Shown here: in pieces, positions 44,644 to 54,717 of the stretch
Layout of the letters: each line of letters begins with the position of its first letter
Numbering within the stretch: the first letter of the stretch is position 1
Source: Clostridia bacterium
GTDB lineage: Bacteria > Bacillota > Clostridia > Oscillospirales > CAG-272
Length of the DNA: 64,000 nt
Assembly: GCA_017451735.1 (NCBI GenBank)
Contig: JAFTNU010000001.1
Location: 11,156 to 75,155 of the forward strand
Direction: 5' to 3'
Position numbers and translations under genes: made by a program
The notes under the pieces: model-generated
Database searches by the model: none
Seen by the model: only the letters and a program-made list of their open reading frames with translations
Told to the model about the DNA's origin: nothing

Positions 44644-44999
44644 CAAAGGAAGATTTGTTGGAATATAACTCTCTATGCGACGAATGGGACGAGCTGTGCC
44701 GACGGATCAATGAGTTGGAGCAGCATCACGAAGTGAATCGCTCTGCCTTTGCCGAGTTGGTTTATGATCGCAGACTGCTCTCTTTGAAAAAGAGGAAAGT
44801 GTACGTGGACGAGCGTATCAGCGCCATGGAAGTAGAGATCGAACGTCTGCCGAGTATAGAGCGCCGATTGATCTGTCTCCGCTATTTTGAAGGTTGGAGT
44901 TGGCGTAAGATTGCGTGTGAATTGGGGTATTCATACGATCATGTAACTGGATATTTGCATAAAAAAGCGCTTTGCGATTTGAAAGTTAACAATTCATAA
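44640..44999 (+). CDS. Sigma-70 region-4-type HTH protein (phage late-regulator-like)
   Basis: LPSIERRLICLRYFEGWSWRKIACELGYSYDHVTGYLHKKAL is a region-4-like HTH. Confidence 0.55.
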   Translation: MTKEDLLEYNSLCDEWDELCRRINELEQHHEVNRSAFAELVYDRRLLSLKKRKVYVDERISAMEVEIERLPSIERRLICLRYFEGWSWRKIACELGYSYDHVTGYLHKKALCDLKVNNS

Positions 45000-45139
45000 C
45001 AAACTTTTTTTGCTATTTTGGAAATAGAGGGCGGGTGTACCCGTCGATAGAACGAGCCGCGGTTTTGTCTATCGGCGCACTGCACTCGCCTTCACACTAT
45101 TTCCCTGGGCCCGGGTCAAAGGGCAGAAAGGAAAACAAG

Positions 45140-45715
45140 ATGGCAGAAAACAAGAAGAACGTGAACGAGGCAACGGAAATGAACGTGGACAAGCAGACCG
45201 GTGAGGTCTTTGATACTCCCGTCAGTCCTACTCCCTTTGGAATCCCTACGGTATCGGCACCGACCGTCCAATCTGAGTACGACGCGGAAGGGTACGACGA
45301 TGATCTTGGCAATGATGAAGATCTGCGCCGCGAGGGCGATGCGATCGCTACCGGCTTGCTGGTACGACGTGTGGTCTTGAAGCCCCGCACCAGAGGCGCC
45401 AAGCCTGTGCACGTGTATAATATCGAAGGCGAGTTGCGCGGGCAGAAGATCAGCGTGGCAATGAATCCCCCCGACAAGAGAGGCTTTTCCCTGCTGGATC
45501 TTGTCTATGGCGATGCGGTGGCACTTCCCCTTTGGATGGTGCCTTATGAGATGAAGGACGATAACGGTCAAAAGATCTCGGGCTGCACCTACAAGATCAT
45601 GTCGTTGGATGCCGAGGGCGACGTGCTGGAATGTAAGATGAAGCCCCGCCAGGATAGCGACAAGCGCATGTTGGAATGCCTGATTCGTAAGGCTCAGAAA
45701 AAGGCGGCACAATGA
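45140..45715 (+). CDS. Hypothetical protein
   Basis: ATG follows AAAGGAAA. Acidic N-terminus then a beta-rich domain. No family recognised. Confidence 0.5.
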   Translation: MAENKKNVNEATEMNVDKQTGEVFDTPVSPTPFGIPTVSAPTVQSEYDAEGYDDDLGNDEDLRREGDAIATGLLVRRVVLKPRTRGAKPVHVYNIEGELRGQKISVAMNPPDKRGFSLLDLVYGDAVALPLWMVPYEMKDDNGQKISGCTYKIMSLDAEGDVLECKMKPRQDSDKRMLECLIRKAQKKAAQ

Positions 45716-45915
45716 GTGAAGCCGATGCCAAGCAGCTGATGCTGACAGAATGTCAGATGGTCTATGACGGGATCGTGTATTTGCGCATTGATTCGTTGGA
45801 GATCCGTTACGATCGCACAAAGCGAACTTTTGTTCTATACCTGCTCTTGCTGGATAGGAACCGTAATTCGGTAACGCGCGCTCCGGCGGAGAAATGTGTA
45901 CCGGTCCCGTTGTAA
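45712..45915 (+). CDS. Hypothetical protein
   Basis: ATGA overlap with the upstream gene. 67 aa. Confidence 0.4.
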   Translation: MSEADAKQLMLTECQMVYDGIVYLRIDSLEIRYDRTKRTFVLYLLLLDRNRNSVTRAPAEKCVPVPL

Positions 45916-45988
45916 ATATACCGAGAAAGGGGCGTATGAGGTGGTAACCATGTAGCAGGCGTTGAAGAATATAGCAACCAAACAGATC

Positions 45989-46012
45989 AAAAACCGCAAC
46001 GTTGCCGTTTTT
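45989..46012 (+). terminator. Element B hairpin repeat, copy 3
   Basis: The 30-nt string AGATCAAAAACCGCAACGTTGCCGTTTTTG is identical to copy 4. Confidence 0.5.
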
Positions 46013-46051
46013 GCAGCTTGCGGTACATCAAAGCCAAAGGAGTAAAAAAAG

Positions 46052-46339
46052 ATGGCAAAACAGTACATGAACAAAAAAGGAGAGAAAAAGACCTGGTTTT
46101 CTCCGAAGGACAAGGTGGTCAAGTATTGCAATGAAAAGAAGTATGACAGAAGTGACTACAGCGGCGCTCCTCTTACAGATGCCCAAAAGGCGTATCGTGA
46201 TGGGTATATCAAAGCTCATCAGGATCATACGACCTTGCATTTGCTGAAAAATGGGCAAGGAGAGAAAGTGCGTGCCTGGGAGGCCAAGAAGCGTGAACAG
46301 CGTAAAAAATATCTTGAGGAGAAAAACGGAAAAAAGTAA
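46052..46339 (+). CDS. Hypothetical lysine-rich protein
   Basis: RBS AAAGGAG. 95 aa, basic. Confidence 0.45.
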   Translation: MAKQYMNKKGEKKTWFSPKDKVVKYCNEKKYDRSDYSGAPLTDAQKAYRDGYIKAHQDHTTLHLLKNGQGEKVRAWEAKKREQRKKYLEEKNGKK

Positions 46340-46377
46340 CCTCGTCGGCGAAAAACCTTTTTGTCGGCCTCGAAGAA

Positions 46378-46653
46378 ATGCCAAATGCGGATAACTCAAT
46401 GGAGTTTTATCCCCATTTTCGTAAGTACCTTAAATCAGGACACCCTACTCTTATCGTATCCGAGCGTTCCGAAAGTGAGTACAATTACCGTAAGGTGATG
46501 CACTCCGATCGAGACGGCCGGCATTTGAATGAGAAGGTTGATCCCAATCCGAATCCAAAGGATTCAAGACCGATGTTTATCGGTAAGCGTGTGCGTCATG
46601 ATGAGAAAAAGTATTTCGGCAAGCGATTTCCGTGGGTTTATCCAAAAAAATAA
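46378..46653 (+). CDS. Hypothetical protein
   Basis: 91-aa ORF. The start is uncertain (internal ATG at 46399). Confidence 0.4.
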   Translation: MPNADNSMEFYPHFRKYLKSGHPTLIVSERSESEYNYRKVMHSDRDGRHLNEKVDPNPNPKDSRPMFIGKRVRHDEKKYFGKRFPWVYPKK

Positions 46654-46803
46654 AGGGAGCAAAATGCTCCCTTTCAGCGACCCACGGGTATTGAACGAAT
46701 TCTCACCATTATTTTGCCCTTACGGGCTCACGCTTTGTTATATTATACCTGATTTTGTTGGGTATGTCAATATCAATTTTAATAAAAGTGAGGTAAAAAA
46801 AAC

Positions 46804-47352
46804 ATGAGTAAAACTGTAAAAAGATTGCTCGGTGTTCTCGGCGTGTTACTGGTGGGCGTGCTGCTGACCGTTCTGGTCAGTAACCTGCTCGGCATTGCCG
46901 AATGGAACGTGAAGGAAGTCAATGAAGACAACTTGTATCAGTCCTTGACATTTGCCGATGCCAACGGTGTGATCGCTTCCGGTGAAGACGGAATTTCCGT
47001 TAAATTGGATGAAGAAGATAACACGATCAAAGTCAAAGGCACCGCCGGGGCAGATGTTACCTATCTGATCGGCACTACTACGCTTAAAGCCGGTACTTCG
47101 TACATCTTTGACGGCTCTCTTGAGGAAGGTTCCAACCAGACCATTTACGTCAGTGTTGTCAATAAGTCTACCGGCGAAGTGATCAAGTCCAGTTATCGCG
47201 ATGCAGTACTGATCTCTGCGGATAGTATCACTGCTGATACCGAGGTTAAGATCGAGATCACGATCAAGGCTGATACCACTGTCAATGAGACCTTGGAGAT
47301 CATCCTTTGTGAAGGCAATGACGTGGATGAGATCGTAAACTACTTCAAGTAA
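46804..47352 (+). CDS. Membrane-anchored/secreted protein
   Basis: N-terminal TM/signal [18 protein letters not shown] then a beta-rich ectodomain. Confidence 0.55.
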   Translation: MSKTVKRLLGVLGVLLVGVLLTVLVSNLLGIAEWNVKEVNEDNLYQSLTFADANGVIASGEDGISVKLDEEDNTIKVKGTAGADVTYLIGTTTLKAGTSYIFDGSLEEGSNQTIYVSVVNKSTGEVIKSSYRDAVLISADSITADTEVKIEITIKADTTVNETLEIILCEGNDVDEIVNYFK

Positions 47353-47365
47353 TAGGGGTGCAGCT

Positions 47366-48535
47366 ATGACCAAGTTTTTGCTTGCGTTGTTAGCGATCCT
47401 GGTCTGTCTGGGATGTGTTGTTGGAGTGTCGAACTTCAATAACACATCCGGTACGGTGGATCGTGTGGACACTTCTCCCGATGCCGATGGTACATCGACG
47501 GCCGAATTTATCGTGATCCAGGAGGAGTTTACCAGCGTGGAGGCTATGAATGCCGGATTTGAGACCGATGGTGTTTCGATCGGCGGCTATGTTCTGGTCA
47601 ACACCAGTGATGTCGAGGACGAAGACAACGCGAAAATGTATATCAAACGTGCGGATGGCTATAAGTTGGTCACCGATCTTTCCGGCGCCAGTGGTGAGCA
47701 AGGCCCCCAGGGCGAAAAGGGCGAACAGGGTGAGCAAGGCATCCAGGGCGTCCAAGGTCCCCAGGGAGAAAAGGGCGAACAAGGTGAGCAAGGCATCCAG
47801 GGTGTCCAAGGCCCCCAGGGCGAAAAGGGCGAACAGGGTGAGCAAGGCATCCAGGGCGTCCAAGGCCCCCAGGGTGAAAAGGGCGAACAGGGTGAGCAAG
47901 GCATCCAGGGCGTCCAAGGTCCTCAAGGTGAGAAAGGTGATCAAGGTGTTAGCATAACCGGCGCAACCATAAACGAAAGCGGGCATCTTATCATTACTCT
48001 TTCCGACGGTACTACCATTGACGCCGGATTGGTCAGCAACGGTTCTGCCGATAGCGATGGTATTACCTATACCGATGTTTGTTTGTGGGACATAGAAACT
48101 TCGACTTGGGTGGATTTAAGCCTTAATGCTCCAGACGATGATAGTCTCCAACGGCAGAGTTGCCCATATTGTAGCAACCGTGTGTATACAACTGGTACGA
48201 TATATTCTCTCAGCGTTGACACTTCATGCCCCCATTGTCAAAAAGGAATTCGCCTTGACAACCGCGAAGGCTCGCTTGTTGTCGATGTTCTCTATGCCGA
48301 TGATACTGCAACCTATATGGTGACCTTGTCTGATGGTAGTATGGAATCGAGTAGTATTAGCAAATATTACGGTGGCAGTTCGATGGGTTACTACTACAAC
48401 GAAACACATAATGTGATGTTCTTAACGTGGAGTTACATTGGTGATATTTCCGGCGATGTTACTGTTACGTTAGACGATGGCACAGAAGTCACCATTGCGG
48501 CATCCGATTGGAAAACGAATCCGTACTATGTGTGA
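47366..48535 (+). CDS. Collagen-like (G-X-Y) repeat protein with N-terminal signal/anchor
   Basis: Signal-like [19 protein letters not shown]. 28 uninterrupted G-X-Y triplets ([18 protein letters not shown] repeated). Cys-rich C-terminal domain. Confidence 0.8.
   Translation: MTKFLLALLAILVCLGCVVGVSNFNNTSGTVDRVDTSPDADGTSTAEFIVIQEEFTSVEAMNAGFETDGVSIGGYVLVNTSDVEDEDNAKMYIKRADGYKLVTDLSGASGEQGPQGEKGEQGEQGIQGVQGPQGEKGEQGEQGIQGVQGPQGEKGEQGEQGIQGVQGPQGEKGEQGEQGIQGVQGPQGEKGDQGVSITGATINESGHLIITLSDGTTIDAGLVSNGSADSDGITYTDVCLWDIETSTWVDLSLNAPDDDSLQRQSCPYCSNRVYTTGTIYSLSVDTSCPHCQKGIRLDNREGSLVVDVLYADDTATYMVTLSDGSMESSSISKYYGGSSMGYYYNETHNVMFLTWSYIGDISGDVTVTLDDGTEVTIAASDWKTNPYYV
47693..47945 (+). repeat. 54-bp coding tandem repeat (about 4.5 copies)
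   Basis: Near-identical 54-bp units that differ mostly at third codon positions. Confidence 0.85.
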
Positions 48536-48555
48536 TTGAAATAACGAATCAAAAG

Positions 48556-48591
48556 ACAGCCTATGGCCTTTGGGGCTGTAGGCTGTTTTTG
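48556..48591 (+). terminator. Rho-independent terminator candidate
   Basis: ACAGCCTA .. TAGGCTGT followed by TTTT. Confidence 0.55.
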
Positions 48592-48606
48592 AAAGGAGTG
48601 AAAAAA

Positions 48607-49329
48607 ATGGGAAAAAAAGTTTTGATTTTATTTGTGGTAACCCTGTTGGTTTGCGGATTTGTGTTAAGCGCTGCGGTTCATATTGGCGTTTTCGGTTCTG
48701 ATGAAGTAGAGGCATCGCCGGGAAACGATACAAATACCAATGCCGGAACAGATACCGCTCCCGATACGGGTGAAGACTCCGATACAGGAACCACTCCCGA
48801 AGTGGATTCGTTCTTTGATCCGCTTGATGTATCTACCTTCGATCCTGCCAGACATGAGAATCTTTTTGAATATTCGGGAGTGAGCTTGGCAGCAGGCGAG
48901 GTAGTTTGTGACGGCAACGTTTATGATACCGTGACCTTTGCTTCCAATTCCGACCGACAATTTATTCAATTCTATGATCCGAGTGAATCTTTGTTTATGG
49001 TGTCGTGGGAGGCGACCAATATGGATATGGGCAGTGTGACCTTTGAACCCGGTTATATTTATCATTGTTATTACAAAATAGACAATGGCAAATATATTCG
49101 TTATAACCCAACACAGGTGATAAGTGAGGAATCGGGTGAGGTTAGTGGTTATTCCGAATTTACCTTGCTTGATTCTGCCGGAAATGTTGTAAAATTTGGG
49201 TCTGGGCTAATGGTGGAAGAAACGATAACGGCGACTTTGTATTTAGGAGCTGGTTTTTCTGATGAAATATCGGATTTGTTTTTAGGTGACTACCTTTACA
49301 TTTACGTCGTCCGTGTTCCTGCAACGTAA
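48607..49329 (+). CDS. Secreted/membrane-anchored protein
   Basis: RBS AAAGGAG. Signal-like MGKKVLILFVVTLLVCGFVLSAAV. Confidence 0.55.
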   Translation: MGKKVLILFVVTLLVCGFVLSAAVHIGVFGSDEVEASPGNDTNTNAGTDTAPDTGEDSDTGTTPEVDSFFDPLDVSTFDPARHENLFEYSGVSLAAGEVVCDGNVYDTVTFASNSDRQFIQFYDPSESLFMVSWEATNMDMGSVTFEPGYIYHCYYKIDNGKYIRYNPTQVISEESGEVSGYSEFTLLDSAGNVVKFGSGLMVEETITATLYLGAGFSDEISDLFLGDYLYIYVVRVPAT

Positions 49330-49348
49330 TGAAAGCGAGGAGTAAGTT

Positions 49349-51322
49349 ATGTTTCGAAAAATTTGTTGTTTAGTTCTAATGTTATGCATTTTGGCGTCTG
49401 TGTTCGCGGTAACAGCATCTGCCGCAGCCGGTGACGGTAAAGTGATGGAGGAATTGTCAAAACTTAAGATTGACGGTCTGCCTTTTTTTGAATCGATGTA
49501 TCCTGTAAATTCTCAAGATGACAATATGTATGTATTGACAGCTGTAGAGATAGGATATCGAACCAGTAGTGCCTCCCCCGGTTTTGCGTTTTTTGTGTAT
49601 ATCTATAATCCAAGTTGCAAGACGGTGGTGGATGATCCTTCTAATGCGATTCAGATCGGTTTGAATGATTCTTGTGAGGACTATATCTATTTGGGTCTGA
49701 AATTGGATGGTTTTTCCCGTGATAACCGCTTTTTGAAATTCAAAGTCGTCACTACAGATACATACGGCTCTGTGACACAAATGTACAGTTCTCAGAGAAC
49801 CGATGCTGAACGCATTTACAATATAGCGTCATTGCGCTTATTGGCTGAGGGAACGGTGAAGACTTTCCCGATTAAGCGTGCGTTTTGTTTTTCCGGATAT
49901 GATTCAGATAGTTCCTTGACTTGCCAATTCAAGGAGCTTTATGCCCTGGATGCAAAGATTCGTTTCACCAATTGGATCTCCCCCAATGCCGGAGCCAAGA
50001 CCGATGGAAGCCCGGCTACGATTTATGACCATTATGAGATCAATTCGGCATATTTTACTTTGCCTAAGTCCCTTTTTAAAGCTTACAATACAGACGGCTA
50101 TGACTTTATCCAGAGCATTAGAGCGGCTTATAATGCTTATAAACTTACACCTATTATTGTTACAAGACCGGATATTTTTGATTTAACTACAATTGATGCT
50201 ATTAAGAGCGGTACCGTAGTTGGAGACAATGGTAGCAATATAGATGTTATGGATTTGCTTGCAAAACCCGCTTACTGGTGGACTACCGGTGGTTATGATC
50301 CCGGTTGGATCTATACTGAGAGCTCTTGGCTTGCAAGTGATTTGAATGTTGGTGATGCCGATCGCTATGATTGCTTGGCTTATTATTTTGAAAATCCGCT
50401 TATTCCTAAGGATTTCGATTTTGAATATGGCAAAAATTCTATGGTTGCTGTTTCTGCAGAGGAATTAGAGACGTATTTTCTGGAACGGTATAATAATTCC
50501 TCGTACGAAAATAGTAAACTCTATTCATACGAAGAATATTGCTTGATTGACTATAATTCCGCCGATTACGGTAAGGATTATCTCTATAACATGTCTACTT
50601 ATCAGATGTCTGTTGACCTGAATAAGTGGTATTATAAACGAAACCTGAAAACCGATTCCTATGTGTATGAGGATTTCAATGTTACTGCAAAAAAGATAGA
50701 AGTGATCACTGAGCCTTCTGCTTATTCTTCTCTTACTTCGGATCGGTATGAGGCTGTTGCCGAGGATTTGTACTTAGGATATAACGATGTTGGCGATTTT
50801 TCTAAGCTTTGCGCCAGTGCTGCAGCCAATGACGAGGTAGTGGTTCTGCTTCGTTTTGGATGGTCCGATTATACTTGTACTCCTGTTTATGATGTTCCGG
50901 AAGTTGCAGCTGTTATTTTTGGCGATCCTGTTGCCATGGCTATCGAAAAATGGGCTTATATGGACGTGAATTTGGTCCACGTGGTTTTTTCTAAAAATGG
51001 ACAGGCCATTACCGTGCCGATCGTCAGCAATACGAGCAATTCTTTCGGCGACATTGTGATCTTTGAGGATCCTGTTAAGGATAATCCCTTTACCGATGAT
51101 GGTGGTGGCGATGATAACGGTCTGCCCGAATGGTTGAAAAATGCGCTGCGGGTTATTTTCATCGTGATAGCTTTCGTTCTAATCATCTTGTTCGTTGTCC
51201 TCGTATTTCCGATTCTAAAACCAATATTCGGCATTGCGGGAGACGATTTGTCAAGCGCAAGAGAAGAAGCTAAGCGACGACGAAAATTAAAGAATGAGGG
51301 AAAGCGAAAAAAGAAGAAGTAA
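49349..51322 (+). CDS. Large secreted protein with C-terminal TM anchor and basic tail
   Basis: Signal peptide MFRKICCLVLMLCILASVFAVTASA. C-terminal TM VIFIVIAFVLIILFVVLVFPIL then KRRRKLKNEGKRKKKK. Confidence 0.6.
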   Translation: MFRKICCLVLMLCILASVFAVTASAAAGDGKVMEELSKLKIDGLPFFESMYPVNSQDDNMYVLTAVEIGYRTSSASPGFAFFVYIYNPSCKTVVDDPSNAIQIGLNDSCEDYIYLGLKLDGFSRDNRFLKFKVVTTDTYGSVTQMYSSQRTDAERIYNIASLRLLAEGTVKTFPIKRAFCFSGYDSDSSLTCQFKELYALDAKIRFTNWISPNAGAKTDGSPATIYDHYEINSAYFTLPKSLFKAYNTDGYDFIQSIRAAYNAYKLTPIIVTRPDIFDLTTIDAIKSGTVVGDNGSNIDVMDLLAKPAYWWTTGGYDPGWIYTESSWLASDLNVGDADRYDCLAYYFENPLIPKDFDFEYGKNSMVAVSAEELETYFLERYNNSSYENSKLYSYEEYCLIDYNSADYGKDYLYNMSTYQMSVDLNKWYYKRNLKTDSYVYEDFNVTAKKIEVITEPSAYSSLTSDRYEAVAEDLYLGYNDVGDFSKLCASAAANDEVVVLLRFGWSDYTCTPVYDVPEVAAVIFGDPVAMAIEKWAYMDVNLVHVVFSKNGQAITVPIVSNTSNSFGDIVIFEDPVKDNPFTDDGGGDDNGLPEWLKNALRVIFIVIAFVLIILFVVLVFPILKPIFGIAGDDLSSAREEAKRRRKLKNEGKRKKKK

Positions 51323-51417
51323 CAAAAATTCCCCGGCTGAAATATGCCGGGGAGATCTAAAAGCAGCTTTGAGTAATTTGTCAATCTTTATTTTGGGATT
51401 TTTGAAAGGAAGTGTTT

Positions 51418-51534
51418 ATGAAACATATATTACGATTTTTCCGCTTGCTGTGGCGCTGCATTCAGTTGTGCCTGTTGTTTGCCGTGGTGCTGTGCATCGG
51501 CTATTTTGCCTATCTGCTGTGCTTTGTCGCGTGA
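51418..51534 (+). CDS. Small hydrophobic protein (38 aa)
   Basis: RBS AAAGGAAG. MKHILRFFRLLWRCIQLCLLFAVVLCIGYFAYLLCFVA. Below the ORF-track cutoff. Confidence 0.35.
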   Translation: MKHILRFFRLLWRCIQLCLLFAVVLCIGYFAYLLCFVA

Positions 51535-51543
51535 GGTGCCGCT

Positions 51544-53709
51544 ATGTGGAAGAAGTTAAAACAACTTGATTACCGTCATCTGCTCTGTTTGGCCTTGGTG
51601 CTGGGCTCGGTGGCGCTGGGGATATTCGTATATAAATATCCCTTCGTGCGAGTTGGTGAGTCTCTTAATGACTTCGGACGTGCCCTGGCGTATACCGTCA
51701 CCGATCTGATCGGGATCGCCGAGCGCGCACCCGAGCAGACAGTCAATGAGTTTTCAGGCGTGGACCTGATGGAGATCTTCAATATTGATGCATCGGGGAT
51801 CCGGGACAAGCTGACCAGTGTATGGCGGGAGATCTTCGTGTGGGAGAATTTCGCTTCGTATCTGTTTTTCCTGCTTCGCGGGTTCGTTTGGATCCTGTTT
51901 TATTTGTGCATCGCGTTCCTGCTGGTCATTCCTTTGGCGTTGCCTGTGATTTTAAGCTGGGAGAGCGTCAATAACGATTATAACGCAGATACACTTCCTT
52001 TGCGTCTGTTCAAACGGTTTGTCGTGACGCCCTGCCGCAGTGTTTTTGCGTGGTGTAAGGCATTTTGGCACTTCTTTCGGGAATCTACCTACTGGGGTTG
52101 GTTCGTTGCCGTCTGGCTCTTAAATCTGGGTGTGTTCACGGTGATATTTTCCTTTTTGGCATATTATTTCTGGATGCTCACCACTCTTGATTTTTCCACC
52201 GTAGGCGTACAACTCCTGAAGCTGATCGCGGATCTGCTTCTCGCGTTCCATACCTTGCCCCTTTTCTGTTGGCTCCTGTTCGCGGCGCTATTCTGTGGGT
52301 GGTTTTTCCGCCGCTTTGCCCTTCGGGTCCTGCGCGGCATGGTCGCTAAAACTGTTGAGACGATAGCAAAACTCCCCATGGTCATATTCCTGGTGGGTCT
52401 GCCCCGCAGCGGTAAGACCACGCTTTTGACCGCCCTGGGTCTGTACTTCTCGATCCTGTTCCGACAGACGGCACAAAAACTTATGGCGCGTAACGTATTG
52501 AAATTCCCCACTTTTCCCTGGATCAATCTGGAACTGGAGATCCGGGCCCGCGTAGAGGATCATACTGTTTGGAATTTTTACACCATTCGTAAATGGGTGG
52601 ACGAGCTGCAAGCAGAGTTTGAGGCGGATCCTTGCCGGGAGAAGATCTTCGACTATGATTTTGAGAAGGAGCGTTATGAGTATGACGATCATTTGCAGGT
52701 CATAGATATCTGGACTTCGATCAAAAACTATTCCCAAGAATTCTTTATCTATTGGCTTCAAAGCTCGATGCTGGTCGCCAATTACGCGGTGCGTGAGGAT
52801 TTTGTTTTTCATGATCTGGGCAACTTTCCGATGCTCGATACCGATTTCTTTTCGCGTGATGCGCGGGATCAGGATCAGATCAGTACCATGTCGCACATTC
52901 TCGACCACGATATGCTCCGCAGAGGCGTGAAAATGTTGGAGGACAACGTGCGCAGCGGCACTCTGGAGTTCGGTATCGCCATGGTTTCGGAGGGCTCCCA
53001 GGAACGGCAAAATACCCTCCAACTGCAAGAGGTCAAGGCAAAAGCTGAGGAGTGCAACCAAAAGAACGACCTTTACGAGGAGGACCTTCAGACCCGAGGC
53101 CACGCCGCCACAGTGGAGAATTTCTGTTTCTTCCACTTTCTCATTGATTCTCAGCGCGCCGAGGGTTGGTCTGCCAAGGGTCGTGAGTTAGGCTATGTGC
53201 TCCATATCTCCCCCAAGAGCGGCACACGGAGCGCTCTGCCTTTCTTTTGGATCATCAATGGTTTGATCTCCCGTTATCTCAATTGGTGGGAGGACGGCTA
53301 TTGGAACGGTCGCTATAAGTGGGGCAATAATCGTCTGATCACCTATATCCTCAACGGCATAGCGTCGGCGCTTTACGGCTACCAGTTACGCCGCACCAAT
53401 GATTTCGGTTTTTACCGTCAGATCACCGAGTTGGAGAGCGGCAAGTCGGGCGGTCATAAGGAGAAGCTAACGCTGGATATGCCTCTTAAGGTGATCTACA
53501 GCCGCCGCTTTGCCACCGATTGCTTTAAGGCGTATACAGAGCCCTTCACGGCGGAGTGTCCCGTCGGCTTGAACGATCTGCCCGCCTATCGCGCCCTGTA
53601 CCCCTCCTTCGAGGAACTGATGGAGCAGCACAGTCATTTCTTCAACAAGCTGTTCCGTTATTACATATTGCATTATAGCGAAGAAGAGAACGACGAAAGA
53701 AAGGAGTAA
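51544..53709 (+). CDS. Polytopic membrane protein fused to a P-loop NTPase
   Basis: Several N-terminal TM helices, then Walker A VGLPRSGKTTLL (about residue 290). Possible degenerate Walker B GIAMVSEG. Confidence 0.6.
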   Translation: MWKKLKQLDYRHLLCLALVLGSVALGIFVYKYPFVRVGESLNDFGRALAYTVTDLIGIAERAPEQTVNEFSGVDLMEIFNIDASGIRDKLTSVWREIFVWENFASYLFFLLRGFVWILFYLCIAFLLVIPLALPVILSWESVNNDYNADTLPLRLFKRFVVTPCRSVFAWCKAFWHFFRESTYWGWFVAVWLLNLGVFTVIFSFLAYYFWMLTTLDFSTVGVQLLKLIADLLLAFHTLPLFCWLLFAALFCGWFFRRFALRVLRGMVAKTVETIAKLPMVIFLVGLPRSGKTTLLTALGLYFSILFRQTAQKLMARNVLKFPTFPWINLELEIRARVEDHTVWNFYTIRKWVDELQAEFEADPCREKIFDYDFEKERYEYDDHLQVIDIWTSIKNYSQEFFIYWLQSSMLVANYAVREDFVFHDLGNFPMLDTDFFSRDARDQDQISTMSHILDHDMLRRGVKMLEDNVRSGTLEFGIAMVSEGSQERQNTLQLQEVKAKAEECNQKNDLYEEDLQTRGHAATVENFCFFHFLIDSQRAEGWSAKGRELGYVLHISPKSGTRSALPFFWIINGLISRYLNWWEDGYWNGRYKWGNNRLITYILNGIASALYGYQLRRTNDFGFYRQITELESGKSGGHKEKLTLDMPLKVIYSRRFATDCFKAYTEPFTAECPVGLNDLPAYRALYPSFEELMEQHSHFFNKLFRYYILHYSEEENDERKE

Positions 53710-53712
53710 AAT

Positions 53713-54714
53713 ATGCTTTGCAGAGTTTTTCATGATGGTACTAACTATGTAGCTCATGCCCCCGGCAGAAGCCCGTATGCCGGCGTAAAACGGCGTCCGA
53801 AGAAGCCCCACGAACTGGCTTTCCGAGAGCTTTATCGCAGCACTCTCACGGGCACCAGATCCGTGACCGCGGATGGCGTTAGCTTTACCCCCGGCATCAG
53901 CGGCAAGAAACAGGCGCAGTACATCATGGAAACTCTGGAAGACACCTTCGGCGCCATAGAGAATTGGGAAAAATTCGTTGAAGAGGAATTTGCCCGGGAG
54001 GAGCACAATTATTACGTACGGAAACGGCGCTTTTGCCGTAAGGCATTTCTCAACGACTGGAACTATTTTGTAACCTTTACTTACAGTGACGAAAAGGAGA
54101 CCGAGGAGAGCTTCAAGCGGCGATTGAGACGTGCACTGTCGAATCTCCATTCCCGTAGGAACTGGTACTATATGGGGTGTTTCGAGCGCTCCGAGATCGG
54201 AAGACTGCACTTTCATGGGCTCTTTTATATCCCGCCGGGGCAAATGGTGGGAAAGATTCGCGAGGAAAAGTCCTATAGCACCAAGCGGCGGCGTATGCAG
54301 ATCTCTTTTATTAACAGTTGGTTTGAGAAGCGCTTCGGTCGTAACGACTTTGAGGAGATCACGGGCGACGACGTCAAACGCGGTCCCACGTTGGGGTATA
54401 TTCTGAAATATATCGAGAAGACGGGGGAACGAATCATCTACAGCCGCGGCATTCCCACCAACATTGTGGCAGAGATCAGTTATGATCAGTGTGTGTGCGA
54501 GTTTTTTAATTTTGTCAGGAAGTGGGTACTGTTCCGTGATTGGCAAAGGATAAATCCATGCACCGAAAACAAGCTCCTGGAGGGAGAGGAAGCCGAGGAG
54601 TGGCTGATCTGCTTCACCGGTTATGAATACGAGGGCTACAGTTGTTTTTCTGAGCCCGATCCACCGCCCCGCCCAACAGGTCCGTACATTCCGTCTCCTT
54701 ATCTCACAGCATAG
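53713..54714 (+). CDS. HUH rolling-circle replication initiator (two-tyrosine, phiX174 gpA-like motif set)
   Basis: Motif 1 FVTFTY, motif 2 RLHFHGLFY (HUH), motif 3 YILKYIEK (YxxKY, compare phiX174 YVAKYVNK). Confidence 0.7.
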   Translation: MLCRVFHDGTNYVAHAPGRSPYAGVKRRPKKPHELAFRELYRSTLTGTRSVTADGVSFTPGISGKKQAQYIMETLEDTFGAIENWEKFVEEEFAREEHNYYVRKRRFCRKAFLNDWNYFVTFTYSDEKETEESFKRRLRRALSNLHSRRNWYYMGCFERSEIGRLHFHGLFYIPPGQMVGKIREEKSYSTKRRRMQISFINSWFEKRFGRNDFEEITGDDVKRGPTLGYILKYIEKTGERIIYSRGIPTNIVAEISYDQCVCEFFNFVRKWVLFRDWQRINPCTENKLLEGEEAEEWLICFTGYEYEGYSCFSEPDPPPRPTGPYIPSPYLTA

Positions 54715-54717
54715 ATC

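Noticed and set aside
47390-47986. Regularly spaced repeats that could be mistaken for a CRISPR array, plus alternative-frame ORFs (47390-47986, 47550-47957, 47659-47904)
   Set aside because: The repeats are contiguous 54-bp units without unique spacers and encode an uninterrupted G-X-Y collagen-like tract in the 47366-48535 frame. The other frames are repeat artefacts.
52288-54546. Minus-strand ORFs of 282 and 359 aa in element B
   Set aside because: They are antisense to the P-loop NTPase and Rep genes, which carry Walker A and HUH/YxxKY motifs and good RBS context.
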